Shown here one piece after another: positions 8,331 to 17,938 of a DNA stretch of 64,000 nt (position 1 is its first letter; every line of letters starts with the position of its first letter). Below the pieces are notes generated by a model. That model saw only the letters and a program-made list of their open reading frames with translations. It searched no databases and was not told the origin of the DNA. The stretch is from sequence record PP358550. The stretch is one strand, 5' to 3'. The stretch comes from Escherichia phage FL04. The translations under genes and the position numbers were made by a program.

Positions 8331-10154
8331 ATGTCTGAATTTTTGCTGTTAGATGATCGCGCTCACTGTCTTAAGAGACCTTCAATGTACATCGGGTCAA
8401 CGACTTATGAATCACACAATCGTTTCCTATTTGGAAAATGGACCAAAGTTTCATACGTTCCTGGTCTAGTTAAAATTATTGATGAAATTATCGACAATTC
8501 TGTAGACGAGGCGATCCGCACTAATTTTGAGTACGCTAATGTTATTAGTGTGGATATAAAAGATAACATTGTGTCAGTAACAGATAATGGTCGCGGTATT
8601 CCGCAACATATTGTTACGACGCCAGAAGGGAAACAGATTCCACAACCAGTTGCTGCATGGACACGAGCTAAAGCAGGGTCTAACTTTGATGATACAAATC
8701 GTGTTACTATGGGTATGAATGGGATCGGAAGCGCGCTCACATCATTTTTCTCGTCCTGGTTTACTGGTGTGACGTGTGACGGAGAGAATGAACTGACCGT
8801 TCAATGTACCAATGGTGCAGAAAATATTAGCTGGTCATCTAAGCCGTCAAAACTGAAAGGAACTAAGGTTACGTTCTGCCCCGATTTCGATCATTTTGAA
8901 GGTATGATCATGTCACAAGAAATTTCAGATGTAATTTGTGACCGTATGTATTCCTTAAGTGTAATCTTTCCTAAGATCACGTTTAAGTTTAATGGCAAAA
9001 AGATAACCAGCAAATTCAAGGATTATGCTAAACTATACAATGATGATCCGTTTGTCATTGAAGATAAAAACTTTTCACTTGCCCTAGTTCCTGCGGTTGA
9101 AGGTGAAGGTTTTAAATCAGTATCATTTGCTAATGGTCTGTTTACCAAAAACGGGGGAACACACGTTGATTATGTGACAGATGATCTTTGTGAAGAGATT
9201 GTAAAACGAATCAAGAAAGAATATAAGGTTGATGTTACTAAAGCTGCGGTTAAGTCTGGATTGACCTGTATTCTTATTGTTCGTGAATTGCCAAACCTCC
9301 GTTTTGATTCACAGACAAAAGAACGATTGACTAATCCAACTGGTGATATCAAGCGTCATATTGATCTTGATTTTAAAAAACTGGCTAAAGTCATTGCGAA
9401 GAAAGAAAACATTATCATGCCTATTATTGCTGTAGTCCTGGCACGCAAAGAGGCAGCAGATAAAGCGGCAGCGACTAAGGCAGCAAAGGCAGCGAAACGG
9501 GCTAAGGTGGCAAAACACGTTAAAGCTAACCTTATTGGAACTGACGCAGAAACTACCCTGTTTTTGACGGAAGGTGATTCCGCGATCAACTATCTGATCT
9601 CTGTACGTGATCAAGATTTACATGGCGGTTTCCCGTTGCGAGGCAAAACTCTTACAACGTGGGAACAACCGGAGGCAAAGATCGTTAAGAACGCCGAAAT
9701 TTTTAACATCATGGCGATCACTGGCTTGCAATTTGGTGTTGATGCATTGGAAGTTATGCAATACAAAAATATTGCGATTATGACAGACGCTGATACTGAC
9801 GGGATTGGGTCTATTAAGCCTAGTCTGATCTCTTTCTTTGCACGTTGGCCTGAATTGTTCGAAGATGGACGAATCCGGTTTATCAAAACACCTATTATCA
9901 TTGCGGAACCAAAGAAAGGTGATGATGTTCGATGGTATTATGACCTAGAAGATTTTGAGAACGACCGAGATAATATCAAAGGTTATAGCATTCGATATAT
10001 CAAAGGGTTAGCATCGCTTACAGAATCAGATTATCATCGCGTGATCAACGATCCTGTAATGGAAATCATCACGTTACCGGAAAACTATAAAGAGCTATTC
10101 GATTTGCTCTATAGTGAAGATGCAGATCAGCGCAAAATTTGGATGCAATCATAA
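8331..10154 (+). CDS. 39: DNA topoisomerase II large subunit gp39 (unsplit, GyrB-like ATPase)
   Basis: 607 aa; Bergerat ATPase motifs (IDEIIDNSVDEAIR, DNGRGIP), Toprim region (LTEGDSA, MTDADTDG); length matches a fused gp39+gp60 as in T2-type phages. Confidence 0.93.
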   Translation: MSEFLLLDDRAHCLKRPSMYIGSTTYESHNRFLFGKWTKVSYVPGLVKIIDEIIDNSVDEAIRTNFEYANVISVDIKDNIVSVTDNGRGIPQHIVTTPEGKQIPQPVAAWTRAKAGSNFDDTNRVTMGMNGIGSALTSFFSSWFTGVTCDGENELTVQCTNGAENISWSSKPSKLKGTKVTFCPDFDHFEGMIMSQEISDVICDRMYSLSVIFPKITFKFNGKKITSKFKDYAKLYNDDPFVIEDKNFSLALVPAVEGEGFKSVSFANGLFTKNGGTHVDYVTDDLCEEIVKRIKKEYKVDVTKAAVKSGLTCILIVRELPNLRFDSQTKERLTNPTGDIKRHIDLDFKKLAKVIAKKENIIMPIIAVVLARKEAADKAAATKAAKAAKRAKVAKHVKANLIGTDAETTLFLTEGDSAINYLISVRDQDLHGGFPLRGKTLTTWEQPEAKIVKNAEIFNIMAITGLQFGVDALEVMQYKNIAIMTDADTDGIGSIKPSLISFFARWPELFEDGRIRFIKTPIIIAEPKKGDDVRWYYDLEDFENDRDNIKGYSIRYIKGLASLTESDYHRVINDPVMEIITLPENYKELFDLLYSEDADQRKIWMQS

Positions 10155-10157
10155 CAC

Positions 10158-10185
10158 TTGACATACAAGGGAGATTCTCTATAAT
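10158..10185 (+). promoter_or_regulatory. early promoter cassette with hairpin (PeSL-like)
   Basis: TTGACA 10158-10163, TATAAT 10180-10185; inverted repeat AGGGAGA/TCTCCCT brackets the -10. Confidence 0.6.
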
Positions 10186-10219
10186 GGGAGTCTCCCTTTT
10201 CTTTTATGAGGATTTAATA

Positions 10220-10519
10220 ATGAGCAAAAAGAATAACATGATGATGAGTATGGCAAAGTTCATGGAAGCAGACCTGATCAAAAATACAGTACAGCATGAA
10301 CGCCAGAGAGAAGCCGCAGTGATTGCAGAACAAGGTTTTCAGGTTATCCACAATCCACCTAAAGACACGGTTAAATCGAAATACAGAGACGATCTGAAAG
10401 ACCATGAAGTACGGGAACTGGTTAATGATCTGCGTGACATTGCCATCAAATATCATGGTTATCAGTGCTTACGAGAACTGATCGCAGAGCGAGTAATGGA
10501 TGCATTGAAAAAAGATTAA
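10220..10519 (+). CDS. hypothetical protein (99 aa)
   Basis: ATG 10220 with GAGGA upstream, downstream of promoter cassette. Confidence 0.55.
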   Translation: MSKKNNMMMSMAKFMEADLIKNTVQHERQREAAVIAEQGFQVIHNPPKDTVKSKYRDDLKDHEVRELVNDLRDIAIKYHGYQCLRELIAERVMDALKKD

Positions 10520-10526
10520 AAATCTG

Positions 10527-10555
10527 TTGACACTGGATCGGGGATATATCATAAT
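10527..10555 (+). promoter_or_regulatory. early promoter cassette with hairpin (PeSL-like)
   Basis: TTGACA-17-CATAAT; GGGGA/TCCCC inverted repeat spanning the -10. Confidence 0.6.
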
Positions 10556-10585
10556 GTCCCCATCGAAAACAAAAGGTTGACTTAT

Positions 10586-10780
10586 ATGAAACCGTTTAAG
10601 AATGAAGAAACTCAAAAATTTTGTGAAAAAATTGCAGAAATCTACTTGACAGGGAATAAGGAAAAAGCTAATATTATGTTCAAAGAGTCGGTTTCCATGA
10701 TGAAAGTAGCACGCTGGGAACTGATCGCAATGCAAGACCAAATTCGTTATCTAGTAACAAAGGAGAATCAAAATGCGTAA
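10586..10780 (+). CDS. hypothetical protein (64 aa)
   Basis: ATG 10586 downstream of promoter cassette. Confidence 0.5.
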   Translation: MKPFKNEETQKFCEKIAEIYLTGNKEKANIMFKESVSMMKVARWELIAMQDQIRYLVTKENQNA

Positions 10781-10967
10781 CCATTACATCGAACTGGCAA
10801 GCCGTAAAGTTTCAGACCTGAAAGGCGTAATTGCTTACTATGAAGAAGTCCTGAAAAACAAAATTGCTGATTGGGAACGTAAAGAATACAGCAAGTGCTT
10901 AGAGAAAAGCCGCGCTGAACTGGTTGACGCAGAAGCCCATCTGCAATGGGTAATTGAAAATGTATAA
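10773..10967 (+). CDS. hypothetical protein (64 aa)
   Basis: AAGGAGAATCAAAATG initiation region. Confidence 0.55.
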   Translation: MRNHYIELASRKVSDLKGVIAYYEEVLKNKIADWERKEYSKCLEKSRAELVDAEAHLQWVIENV

Positions 10968-10978
10968 GGAGTAGAAAA

Positions 10979-11236
10979 ATGAGTCGAAGTTTTGATTTTA
11001 TGATCGCCAAGTGTCATCGAGAAAAGAAATCGATGGACCTGTTTATGAAATGTCTGAGGTATGAATATGCACACCTTCGTAAACACAAAATTGATCCGCA
11101 AGTTTCCTACGAAAACATCAAGAAATATGCGAAAGAAGTGATTGACAACGATTGCACCGTGACATATAATGCGTTTATTGATTTATGGGCGTGGGATGTA
11201 ATCTACGCAGAGATGGACAAAGAAGATTTTAATTAA
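10979..11236 (+). CDS. hypothetical protein (85 aa)
   Basis: RBS GGAG upstream; precedes rIIA. Confidence 0.55.
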   Translation: MSRSFDFMIAKCHREKKSMDLFMKCLRYEYAHLRKHKIDPQVSYENIKKYAKEVIDNDCTVTYNAFIDLWAWDVIYAEMDKEDFN

Positions 11237-11250
11237 GTGAGGATTATATT

Positions 11251-13359
11251 ATGAAAATGCATATTGATAATGAAGAAGTATTTGGCAGTGACTTGAGCGG
11301 TGCGGTTGATTTTTCTCTGAAAGCAAGTAGCAAGGCTTTTATGGTGCTTTCTAAAAACACTTATCAATATTGTGAACGTGCTTGTGTCCGTGAGTATTCA
11401 TGTAATGCCACCGACACCCACAAAGAAGCCGGAACCTTAGATCGTCCGTTTGACATTCATTTACCGACTGCAATCGAACCGTATTTTTCTGTGCGCGATT
11501 ATGGTACTGGTATTCCGTCTAAGAAAGAATTAGAACAACTGTTTACGGTTTACTTTGAATCAACAAAAGACCAGACTAATGATTATATCGGATCTTTTGG
11601 TTTAGGTGCGAAGTCTGCTTATAGCTATACCGACACCTTTACAATCGTAAACTATTACAATGGTCGCGCTTATGGCTTTACGGCATTTGTGCAAAACTCT
11701 ATGCCGAAAATGGTGCAGATTTTCGACGAACCGACCTGTGAAGACAATGGTCTGAAAATCACTATTCCGGTGAAAGAAAAAGACATTCAGACATGGCATC
11801 GAGAAGCGCAATTTGTACTGCGTCATTTTGGGGAACACAAACCGAATATCAATGCAATCGAAATTAATTATTTCCCTAGCTTTGATAATTATTATGTTTG
11901 TAATGGGCGTGATAACGATTCCTATGTAGTATATGCAATCATGGGTAAGATCCAGTATCCGATCCCGTATGAATATGTTCGCGGAACATGGTTAGAAGCT
12001 GTAAACCGCCAGCACCAGACCATTTACATTAATTTTGAGTTGGGTGATCTAGACCTTATGCCATCGCGTGAAGAAGTTCACTTGTCAATTGAGACTAAAG
12101 CGAACATCGAAAAACGCATTGCAGAAATCAATGAAATGATGTTGGAAAAGGTTAAAGAAAAGATCGCCAACATTAAAACAGAGCGTAAACTTGCGCAATT
12201 TATGAGCGAGTATTCATCGACTCAACGCAATATTATTAGCAAGATGGGTAAGATCGGACAATGGGATGATCCGGTAGCAATCTATAATAAGTTTGTGAAT
12301 GCGGGTAAAGATTCGCCTAATGACGTAGAAGGTCAGGTGTATACTCTGTATCGTACTCGTCACACAATCAGTAAATTGCGCCCTGCTTTCGTTAGCAGTC
12401 AATACAACATTACGCATTTTGTATGGATGCATAAAGAAGATATTCTGTGTGTAATTGATGATACCGATAAACCGAAACTGCGTGCACTGACTCTTAACGG
12501 CATGGTCCAGGAATACGGAATCAATAAAAAGGTACTGGTGTTCCGTCAGCGCAACGAAAAACATATGGAGACTTTCGAGTACATCAAACAGTATTATGAT
12601 GATTCTGAAATGACCGTGATTAAGGTATCAGAGGCCGATGATCTGCGTGCTAAAGCAGTTAAACCGGAGAAGACCGAGCGTACACAACGTGAAGCTACTC
12701 CCAAGCTGCCTAACGTGTATATTATGGAAAAGATTGGTGACAGTTGGCATAAAACCAGCCATCACATGAAAGCGGCAGAGATTCGCGAGTTATCAGGCTT
12801 GCACATGTTCCGCGTAGGTGATGCATTCGAAAGCCGTAGTCGTAAATCGATCTATAGTGAAAATACATTACATACGGCGCTTGACTACTTCGGGGTAACA
12901 AAGTATATTATTACTCGAAACGAGACACAAAAATATCTCGTTGACGAACAATTGGAATGTGCGCTAGAATTTGTTCGCGGTAAGCTGGCTGGTCTGGCTA
13001 AGAAGGTTAAGACCAATCATCTGGGGTATGGCGAATATCTGGGTGTGATCACTATGTTGTTTCATGACGATGAACTAGAACGCTGTGTTCCAGAATTTAT
13101 TGACAGACTGTACGGTCGTCATTATAATAAAGAGGTTTCCAAGTTACTCCTTCGTACTCGTTGGATTATGGACGAAGAAACTAAAAAGATCTGTGATGAA
13201 AAATTCACGGCAGCAAACGAACGAATTAAAGCAGTTTGTGCGAAGTTTAAAGAGAATAGCCCGTTACTGTATGATATTGTAGATAACTGGTATCGTATTC
13301 TGCACAACGACAAACGCGCACAAGACTTTATGAAACTGGTTAAGAATGTTAAATTTTAA
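11251..13359 (+). CDS. rIIA: rIIA protein (lysis inhibition / membrane integrity protector)
   Basis: 702 aa; N-terminal region and overall length similar to T4 rIIA; adjacent to rIIB in conserved order. Confidence 0.8.
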   Translation: MKMHIDNEEVFGSDLSGAVDFSLKASSKAFMVLSKNTYQYCERACVREYSCNATDTHKEAGTLDRPFDIHLPTAIEPYFSVRDYGTGIPSKKELEQLFTVYFESTKDQTNDYIGSFGLGAKSAYSYTDTFTIVNYYNGRAYGFTAFVQNSMPKMVQIFDEPTCEDNGLKITIPVKEKDIQTWHREAQFVLRHFGEHKPNINAIEINYFPSFDNYYVCNGRDNDSYVVYAIMGKIQYPIPYEYVRGTWLEAVNRQHQTIYINFELGDLDLMPSREEVHLSIETKANIEKRIAEINEMMLEKVKEKIANIKTERKLAQFMSEYSSTQRNIISKMGKIGQWDDPVAIYNKFVNAGKDSPNDVEGQVYTLYRTRHTISKLRPAFVSSQYNITHFVWMHKEDILCVIDDTDKPKLRALTLNGMVQEYGINKKVLVFRQRNEKHMETFEYIKQYYDDSEMTVIKVSEADDLRAKAVKPEKTERTQREATPKLPNVYIMEKIGDSWHKTSHHMKAAEIRELSGLHMFRVGDAFESRSRKSIYSENTLHTALDYFGVTKYIITRNETQKYLVDEQLECALEFVRGKLAGLAKKVKTNHLGYGEYLGVITMLFHDDELERCVPEFIDRLYGRHYNKEVSKLLLRTRWIMDEETKKICDEKFTAANERIKAVCAKFKENSPLLYDIVDNWYRILHNDKRAQDFMKLVKNVKF
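13100..13128 (+). promoter_or_regulatory. internal sigma70-type promoter near the 3-prime end of rIIA
   Basis: TTGACA 13100-13105, 17-nt spacer, TATAAT 13123-13128. Confidence 0.45.
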
Positions 13360-13370
13360 GAGGTGATATT

Positions 13371-13502
13371 ATGACTAAACTGACCGCTATCCAGAAAGAA
13401 ACCATCCGTAAACAATACGCTCGCGGCTTGACTAAAGGCGAACTGGCACGAATCTATAATGTATCAGACCGCACAATCCGCAAGGTTGTAGAAGCAAAAT
13501 AA
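13371..13502 (+). CDS. small helix-turn-helix protein (43 aa)
   Basis: ATG after GAGGTGA; HTH-like GLTKGELARIYNVSDRTIRKV; not in track (under 60 aa). Confidence 0.45.
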   Translation: MTKLTAIQKETIRKQYARGLTKGELARIYNVSDRTIRKVVEAK

Positions 13503-13514
13503 TTCTGGTATAAT
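13486..13514 (+). promoter_or_regulatory. promoter with extended -10 (TTGTAG-17-TGgTATAAT) followed by leader hairpin
   Basis: TGGTATAAT at 13506-13514; hairpin GGGCG...CGCCC at 13525-13542 in the rIIB leader. Confidence 0.5.
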
Positions 13515-13564
13515 GATGTGAATCGGGCGGCGATAGTCGCCCAACTAATAGAGGAATGAATACT

Positions 13565-14557
13565 ATGACTAAAGCAAAAATCACCGTCTCTGACCGTAAC
13601 GTTCAATGCCTGGATTCTGCGAAACAAATCAAACTGGCTAAACAGTGGGGCGAAGGTAAGTTTACTACCCGCGAAGCACTTGCGGCAGCATTTGGTGTAT
13701 CTCGTCGCACTGCCTCCCGTGTATTACTGATTCAGAAAGACGCAGTAGCGGAAGGTCGCCAGGCACTAGAAAAACGTAAAGCACGCCGTAAAACCAGTAA
13801 AGGAAAAGGCGGTGAACGCGCAAAAAAGCCCGTGACTACTTCCTCAAAAATCGTAGCAATAGCCTCAACTAAGTTTATTACTATTACATGCGGTGACATT
13901 GTTTATACTGCTGATCCGTCGCATGTTAACTTTAATGAAGCACTGGAAGCGATTAAACATAATGATTTCATCAAAGCTATTACGCTGATTGACATTAAGA
14001 AAGCGGTTGAAGTATATTATCACGGCGCTTTCCGTATCGAAAATGGTATTGTGTATTATCATAATATTGTTCTTGATAATAATCTGACTCGTCGAGTTGT
14101 GGAGTCGATTAAAGAGAATAAGCCATATACGCACTATCTGAACTTCTTTGAGAAGTGCAAGAAAAACCCTAGCCGTAAGGCCGTAGATCGTCTATTTGAC
14201 TTCTTAGAGCACAACGACATTGAGATCGTGGAAGATGGTTGTTTCTATGCATGGAAACGTGTTGATGTTGATTATAAAGATTTCTTTACGCATACGTTTG
14301 ATAATAGCCCAGGTCGCACGGTTAAAATGAAGCGTAAAGACGTGGACCCAGATGATGATCGCACTTGCTCTAATGGACTCCACGTTGCAGCGAAACACTA
14401 TATTCCGCACTATGGCGGTGGACGAGGCCGAATCATTAAATGTAAAGTTGATCCGCGTCACGTTGTAAGTATCCCGAAAGATTATGCGAATGCCAAAATG
14501 CGCTGTCATCGTTACTATGTGGTTGAAGATGTGACCGAAGGGTTTAGCCATTACTAA
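13565..14557 (+). CDS. rIIB: rIIB protein
   Basis: Conserved blocks SRLFDFLEHNDIEI, FYAWKRVD, FDNSPG, SNGLHV, PRHVVSIP, AKMRC..Y.VVEDVTE matching T4 rIIB; start 13565 preferred over 13556 (RBS spacing). Confidence 0.88.
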   Translation: MTKAKITVSDRNVQCLDSAKQIKLAKQWGEGKFTTREALAAAFGVSRRTASRVLLIQKDAVAEGRQALEKRKARRKTSKGKGGERAKKPVTTSSKIVAIASTKFITITCGDIVYTADPSHVNFNEALEAIKHNDFIKAITLIDIKKAVEVYYHGAFRIENGIVYYHNIVLDNNLTRRVVESIKENKPYTHYLNFFEKCKKNPSRKAVDRLFDFLEHNDIEIVEDGCFYAWKRVDVDYKDFFTHTFDNSPGRTVKMKRKDVDPDDDRTCSNGLHVAAKHYIPHYGGGRGRIIKCKVDPRHVVSIPKDYANAKMRCHRYYVVEDVTEGFSHY

Positions 14558-14571
14558 CAGAGGAATTAATT

Positions 14572-14898
14572 ATGATTGATATGAAAGTTACTTGCGAAAG
14601 TGCACATGTTGAAGTTGAAAGTAGCCAATATTCATTGCGTCCGTCCGGTCGCGTTACTGTGACTATGGATGATGTTGATTTGGTTAATAATGTTAGTGTT
14701 GAAGATATCGTTAATGAGTATGATCATAGCGAACTGCTAGACGCAATTCCTGAACATGTTGTGATCCAGCACGTAGTAAGCAATAATGATCCATCGACTT
14801 TCATTAAAGAATATGGCGCTGATGAAATGCTCGATGAAATTGGTGAAAAGATTGTTATTGCATGGCTTGAAAACAACGGTTATACTGTAGAACAATAA
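14572..14898 (+). CDS. hypothetical highly acidic protein (108 aa)
   Basis: About 20 percent Asp+Glu, few basic residues; followed by terminator. Confidence 0.6.
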   Translation: MIDMKVTCESAHVEVESSQYSLRPSGRVTVTMDDVDLVNNVSVEDIVNEYDHSELLDAIPEHVVIQHVVSNNDPSTFIKEYGADEMLDEIGEKIVIAWLENNGYTVEQ

Positions 14899-14906
14899 TC
14901 AACATA

Positions 14907-14930
14907 GGCCGCTTTGCGCGGCCTTTCTTA
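14907..14930 (+). terminator. rho-independent terminator
   Basis: GGCCGC-TTTGC-GCGGCC hairpin followed by TTTCTTA. Confidence 0.6.
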
Positions 14931-14943
14931 GAGGGAATACATT

Positions 14944-15237
14944 ATGACGGTCACGGTTATTACCAAATACGACGACGAAAATGTGATTTACGGTGATGTG
15001 GTTGTTGTTCACGGTCGTAGCATGAAAGTTACTGGTAATTGTAAAGATGGTGCTATTATTTGCGGTGAATTGGTGAGAACAGTCAATCCTATCACCGACG
15101 AACAAAAGCGAGTCATTATCAGAAAACTTAAAGACAGTGGATATTGTAACGTCGTGGTGATTCAAGAAAAAATTGAAGTAGGCCAGTTATACACAAATCA
15201 GAAAACAATTCCAGTATCAATGATGAAAGGCGGTTAA
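14944..15237 (+). CDS. hypothetical protein (97 aa)
   Basis: RBS GAGGGA upstream of ATG. Confidence 0.55.
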   Translation: MTVTVITKYDDENVIYGDVVVVHGRSMKVTGNCKDGAIICGELVRTVNPITDEQKRVIIRKLKDSGYCNVVVIQEKIEVGQLYTNQKTIPVSMMKGG

Positions 15238-15239
15238 TA

Positions 15240-15602
15240 ATGCTAGGTCATTCTAAAATAGAAGATTGCTCATTCAGAGCAATGAAAGATGATTTTTCGG
15301 TCCTGTACGCGTCTATCCGAGAGTTGTTTGTAGATTTTAAGCAATTCAGGGAATACAAAGGCGTTAAGATGCGGGAGTGGGTATTCTGGCCTTTCTATAT
15401 CATTACTCTGTTTTCTATGGTATTTTGTTTTGTCGGGATCACTATCGCTAGTTTTGTCACTTGCGTTTTCCTGATTATCAGGTGTATCATGTTTGCTTTG
15501 ATTGCTGCCCCGTTTATTGTGTCAATCCTTCCGTTAAAATGGCTATTGGATTGGGCTGATAAATCTGATAAAGTAAAGAATGTGATTTGTAAGCGTGTAT
15601 GA
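15240..15602 (+). CDS. hypothetical membrane protein (120 aa)
   Basis: Two long hydrophobic segments (WVFWPFYIITLFSMVFCFVGITIASFV, MFALIAAPFIVSILPL). Confidence 0.55.
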   Translation: MLGHSKIEDCSFRAMKDDFSVLYASIRELFVDFKQFREYKGVKMREWVFWPFYIITLFSMVFCFVGITIASFVTCVFLIIRCIMFALIAAPFIVSILPLKWLLDWADKSDKVKNVICKRV

Positions 15603-15609
15603 GGTGAAG

Positions 15610-16956
15610 ATGAATAAATCAGTTACTTACCGCAGCCTTGAAAGCATTGTACATAATGAAGCTAAGGAATATGCGATCTATTCTGCCGAGGAACGCGGGA
15701 TTCCTCAATTAGTAGATGGGCTTAAACCAGTGCAACGCTTTGTTATGGAATGTGCTTTGCAAAAGAGTAAAGGCGACCGTAAGAAATTCCGTAAGATGGC
15801 AGATATTGGATCTGGTGTTGCTGAATTGGGGTATCACCACGGCGAAACTAATGCCGTAGAAGCCGGATCACTCATGGCGAATACATGGAGCAATAATACT
15901 CCACTGCTTGACGGTCAAGGTAACTTCGGATCTCGTTTAGTCCAGAAAGCAGGTGCAGCACGTTATATCTTTGCTCGTGTGCATGAAAACTTCTTTAAAA
16001 TCTATAAAGATATGAATTGCGCACCTAAGCACGAAGATCTGGAACACATCCCGCCAGCGTTCTACTTGCCAGTTGTGCCAATGGTATTGGCTAATGGTAT
16101 TAGTGGTATTGCTACAGGGTATAAAACTGACATTTTACCGCATTCACTGGAAAGCCTCATTGAATGCACAGAGCTAGCACTTGCCGGAAAACTGGATAAA
16201 GAACCTAGTGTTCAATTCCCGAAATTCACGGGTAAAGTTATCCCGCGAGATGATCGCGATGGTGTGATTCTTGAGGGTACATATGAACTAAACGGAAAGA
16301 CTAAGCTGACAATATCAGAAGTTCCTTATAAGTTCGACCGTGAGGAATATGTAGCGGTACTGGATGCACTGGAAGAAAAAGATCTGATTGTCTCATATAA
16401 TGACCGTTGCTCTAAGGACGGATTCAGATTTGAAGTAACACTGAAACGCGATTATTTCAAAAGCGAAGATGAATCCGCTCGACATGAGCAAATCATGAAG
16501 GATTTTAAACTAACGCAGTTAGTAGCCCAGAATATCGTAGTGGTTAATGAACGTGGTTTAGTAGAAGTATTCGAGAAAGCGAGCGATCTGATCCGTCGAT
16601 TCGTCGAAATCCGATTAGGGTATGTCGATAAACGCATTGAATTGATGCAAGCGGAAACGCTGGAAGCATACAATTATGCAATGGCTAAAGCCGAATTTAT
16701 CGATCGCGTAATTAAGGGCGAAATCGAGCTACAGGGCAAGAAAAAGGCCGAGGTAATGCAATCCATCAATGGACATGAAAAACTGCGTCCATACGCCGAT
16801 AAGCTAGTTTCTATGCCATTGTATAGCGTTACTCAAGAAGAGTATGATCGACTGGTCAAAGATGCCGATAAACATCATAGTGAATATGAGTATTGGACAA
16901 AGACGACCGCAATGAAGGAATATAAGAAAGATCTTAAAGAACTTAAGAAGGGTTGA
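15610..16956 (+). CDS. 52: DNA topoisomerase II medium subunit gp52 (GyrA-like)
   Basis: N-terminal AIYSAEERGIPQLVDGLKPVQRFV matches gp52/GyrA N-terminus; ATG 15610 after GAGGTGAAG. Confidence 0.9.
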   Translation: MNKSVTYRSLESIVHNEAKEYAIYSAEERGIPQLVDGLKPVQRFVMECALQKSKGDRKKFRKMADIGSGVAELGYHHGETNAVEAGSLMANTWSNNTPLLDGQGNFGSRLVQKAGAARYIFARVHENFFKIYKDMNCAPKHEDLEHIPPAFYLPVVPMVLANGISGIATGYKTDILPHSLESLIECTELALAGKLDKEPSVQFPKFTGKVIPRDDRDGVILEGTYELNGKTKLTISEVPYKFDREEYVAVLDALEEKDLIVSYNDRCSKDGFRFEVTLKRDYFKSEDESARHEQIMKDFKLTQLVAQNIVVVNERGLVEVFEKASDLIRRFVEIRLGYVDKRIELMQAETLEAYNYAMAKAEFIDRVIKGEIELQGKKKAEVMQSINGHEKLRPYADKLVSMPLYSVTQEEYDRLVKDADKHHSEYEYWTKTTAMKEYKKDLKELKKG

Positions 16957-17156
16957 TTATGAAAGAATATCCAGAAGGCGGTTATATTGCATTTCTGTAC
17001 AACAATAAAAAGATTGTGCCAATTGTCGTTGAAACACTGGAAGAATCCAACCGGATCACCAGTGAATCTCTGAGCAAATTAGCAGAAATGACAAACACGC
17101 CAGAACACAGAGCAAAGATCGACAGCTTGATGAAAGAATTATCAGAGAGGAAATAA
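16953..17156 (+). CDS. hypothetical protein (67 aa)
   Basis: Start overlaps gp52 stop (ATGA). Confidence 0.5.
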   Translation: MIMKEYPEGGYIAFLYNNKKIVPIVVETLEESNRITSESLSKLAEMTNTPEHRAKIDSLMKELSERK

Positions 17157-17159
17157 ATT

Positions 17160-17555
17160 ATGACTGAACGACGCATCACTTCAAATGGTTTGGGTACTCA
17201 TCATGCATGGATGGTTGACCCAGACAAAAATCCTTATAAACTTTACGATACAACAATTAAACCGTGGAATAATGGTGTGTGGAAAACACCACCCACAACA
17301 GCACCTATTATGACTGATCCGAAACCGATTAGCCCGATGGCGGAACCAGTACAGATCAAGCCGTTACCTTACCAGATAACGACGAATAGCATCACCAACA
17401 AACAAGAAAATGATATTGATATGATCTACGAGATGATTAAACTTTGGCGTGATGTTTATCTGGGTGTTCTATGCAACACAGATAAAAGTGCACATGCGGC
17501 AGCGGTGCTGGCATCTCATGCAGTAGACGAAGCCAAAAAGAAATTTAGTAAGTAA
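17160..17555 (+). CDS. hypothetical protein (131 aa)
   Basis: Followed by strong terminator. Confidence 0.55.
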   Translation: MTERRITSNGLGTHHAWMVDPDKNPYKLYDTTIKPWNNGVWKTPPTTAPIMTDPKPISPMAEPVQIKPLPYQITTNSITNKQENDIDMIYEMIKLWRDVYLGVLCNTDKSAHAAAVLASHAVDEAKKKFSK

Positions 17556-17565
17556 CTGACTATTA

Positions 17566-17592
17566 AGCCGATCCTTGTGGTCGGCTTTTTTA
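17566..17592 (+). terminator. rho-independent terminator
   Basis: AGCCGATC-CTTGT-GGTCGGCT hairpin plus TTTTTT; near-identical hairpin in opposite orientation at 28821-28853. Confidence 0.75.
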
Positions 17593-17605
17593 TTTGAAAA
17601 GTTGT

Positions 17606-17634
17606 TTGACTTCCATAATCCAGCATTGCATAAT
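17606..17634 (+). promoter_or_regulatory. sigma70-type early promoter
   Basis: TTGACT-17-CATAAT. Confidence 0.55.
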
Positions 17635-17665
17635 ACACACAGTGAAACAAAAAGGAGATTCAAAA

Positions 17666-17872
17666 ATGAAAGTACGTTGCATTGAAACCGATCACATCAA
17701 TTATAGCTTTGGTGTCGGGTGTGATTATGATGTTGATGTATTCACGGACAATAGCGGAAACACATTTGATGTAGTTCATGGTGACTATATTTGGTTTTAC
17801 TTTGACAAACAACAACTTACTGCAACCAAACGAAACGGTGATCCGGTAGCAAAATTTGAAATAATCGAATAA
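17666..17872 (+). CDS. hypothetical small protein (68 aa); paralog family with 47020 and frameshifted 44474
   Basis: AAGGAGA-N7-ATG; MKVRC...FGVG..YD... KFEIIE pattern shared with 47020..47238. Confidence 0.6.
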   Translation: MKVRCIETDHINYSFGVGCDYDVDVFTDNSGNTFDVVHGDYIWFYFDKQQLTATKRNGDPVAKFEIIE

Positions 17873-17878
17873 AATCTA

Positions 17879-17913
17879 TTGACACTGAATAATGGGAGTA
17901 GTAATATACTCCC
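17879..17913 (+). promoter_or_regulatory. PeSL-type early promoter (hairpin GGGAGTA-N6-TACTCCC overlapping -10)
   Basis: TTGACA 17879-17884, 17-nt spacer, TAATAT 17902-17907 inside hairpin. Confidence 0.65.
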
Positions 17914-17938
17914 ATTCCAAACAAAAGGAGAATCAAAG

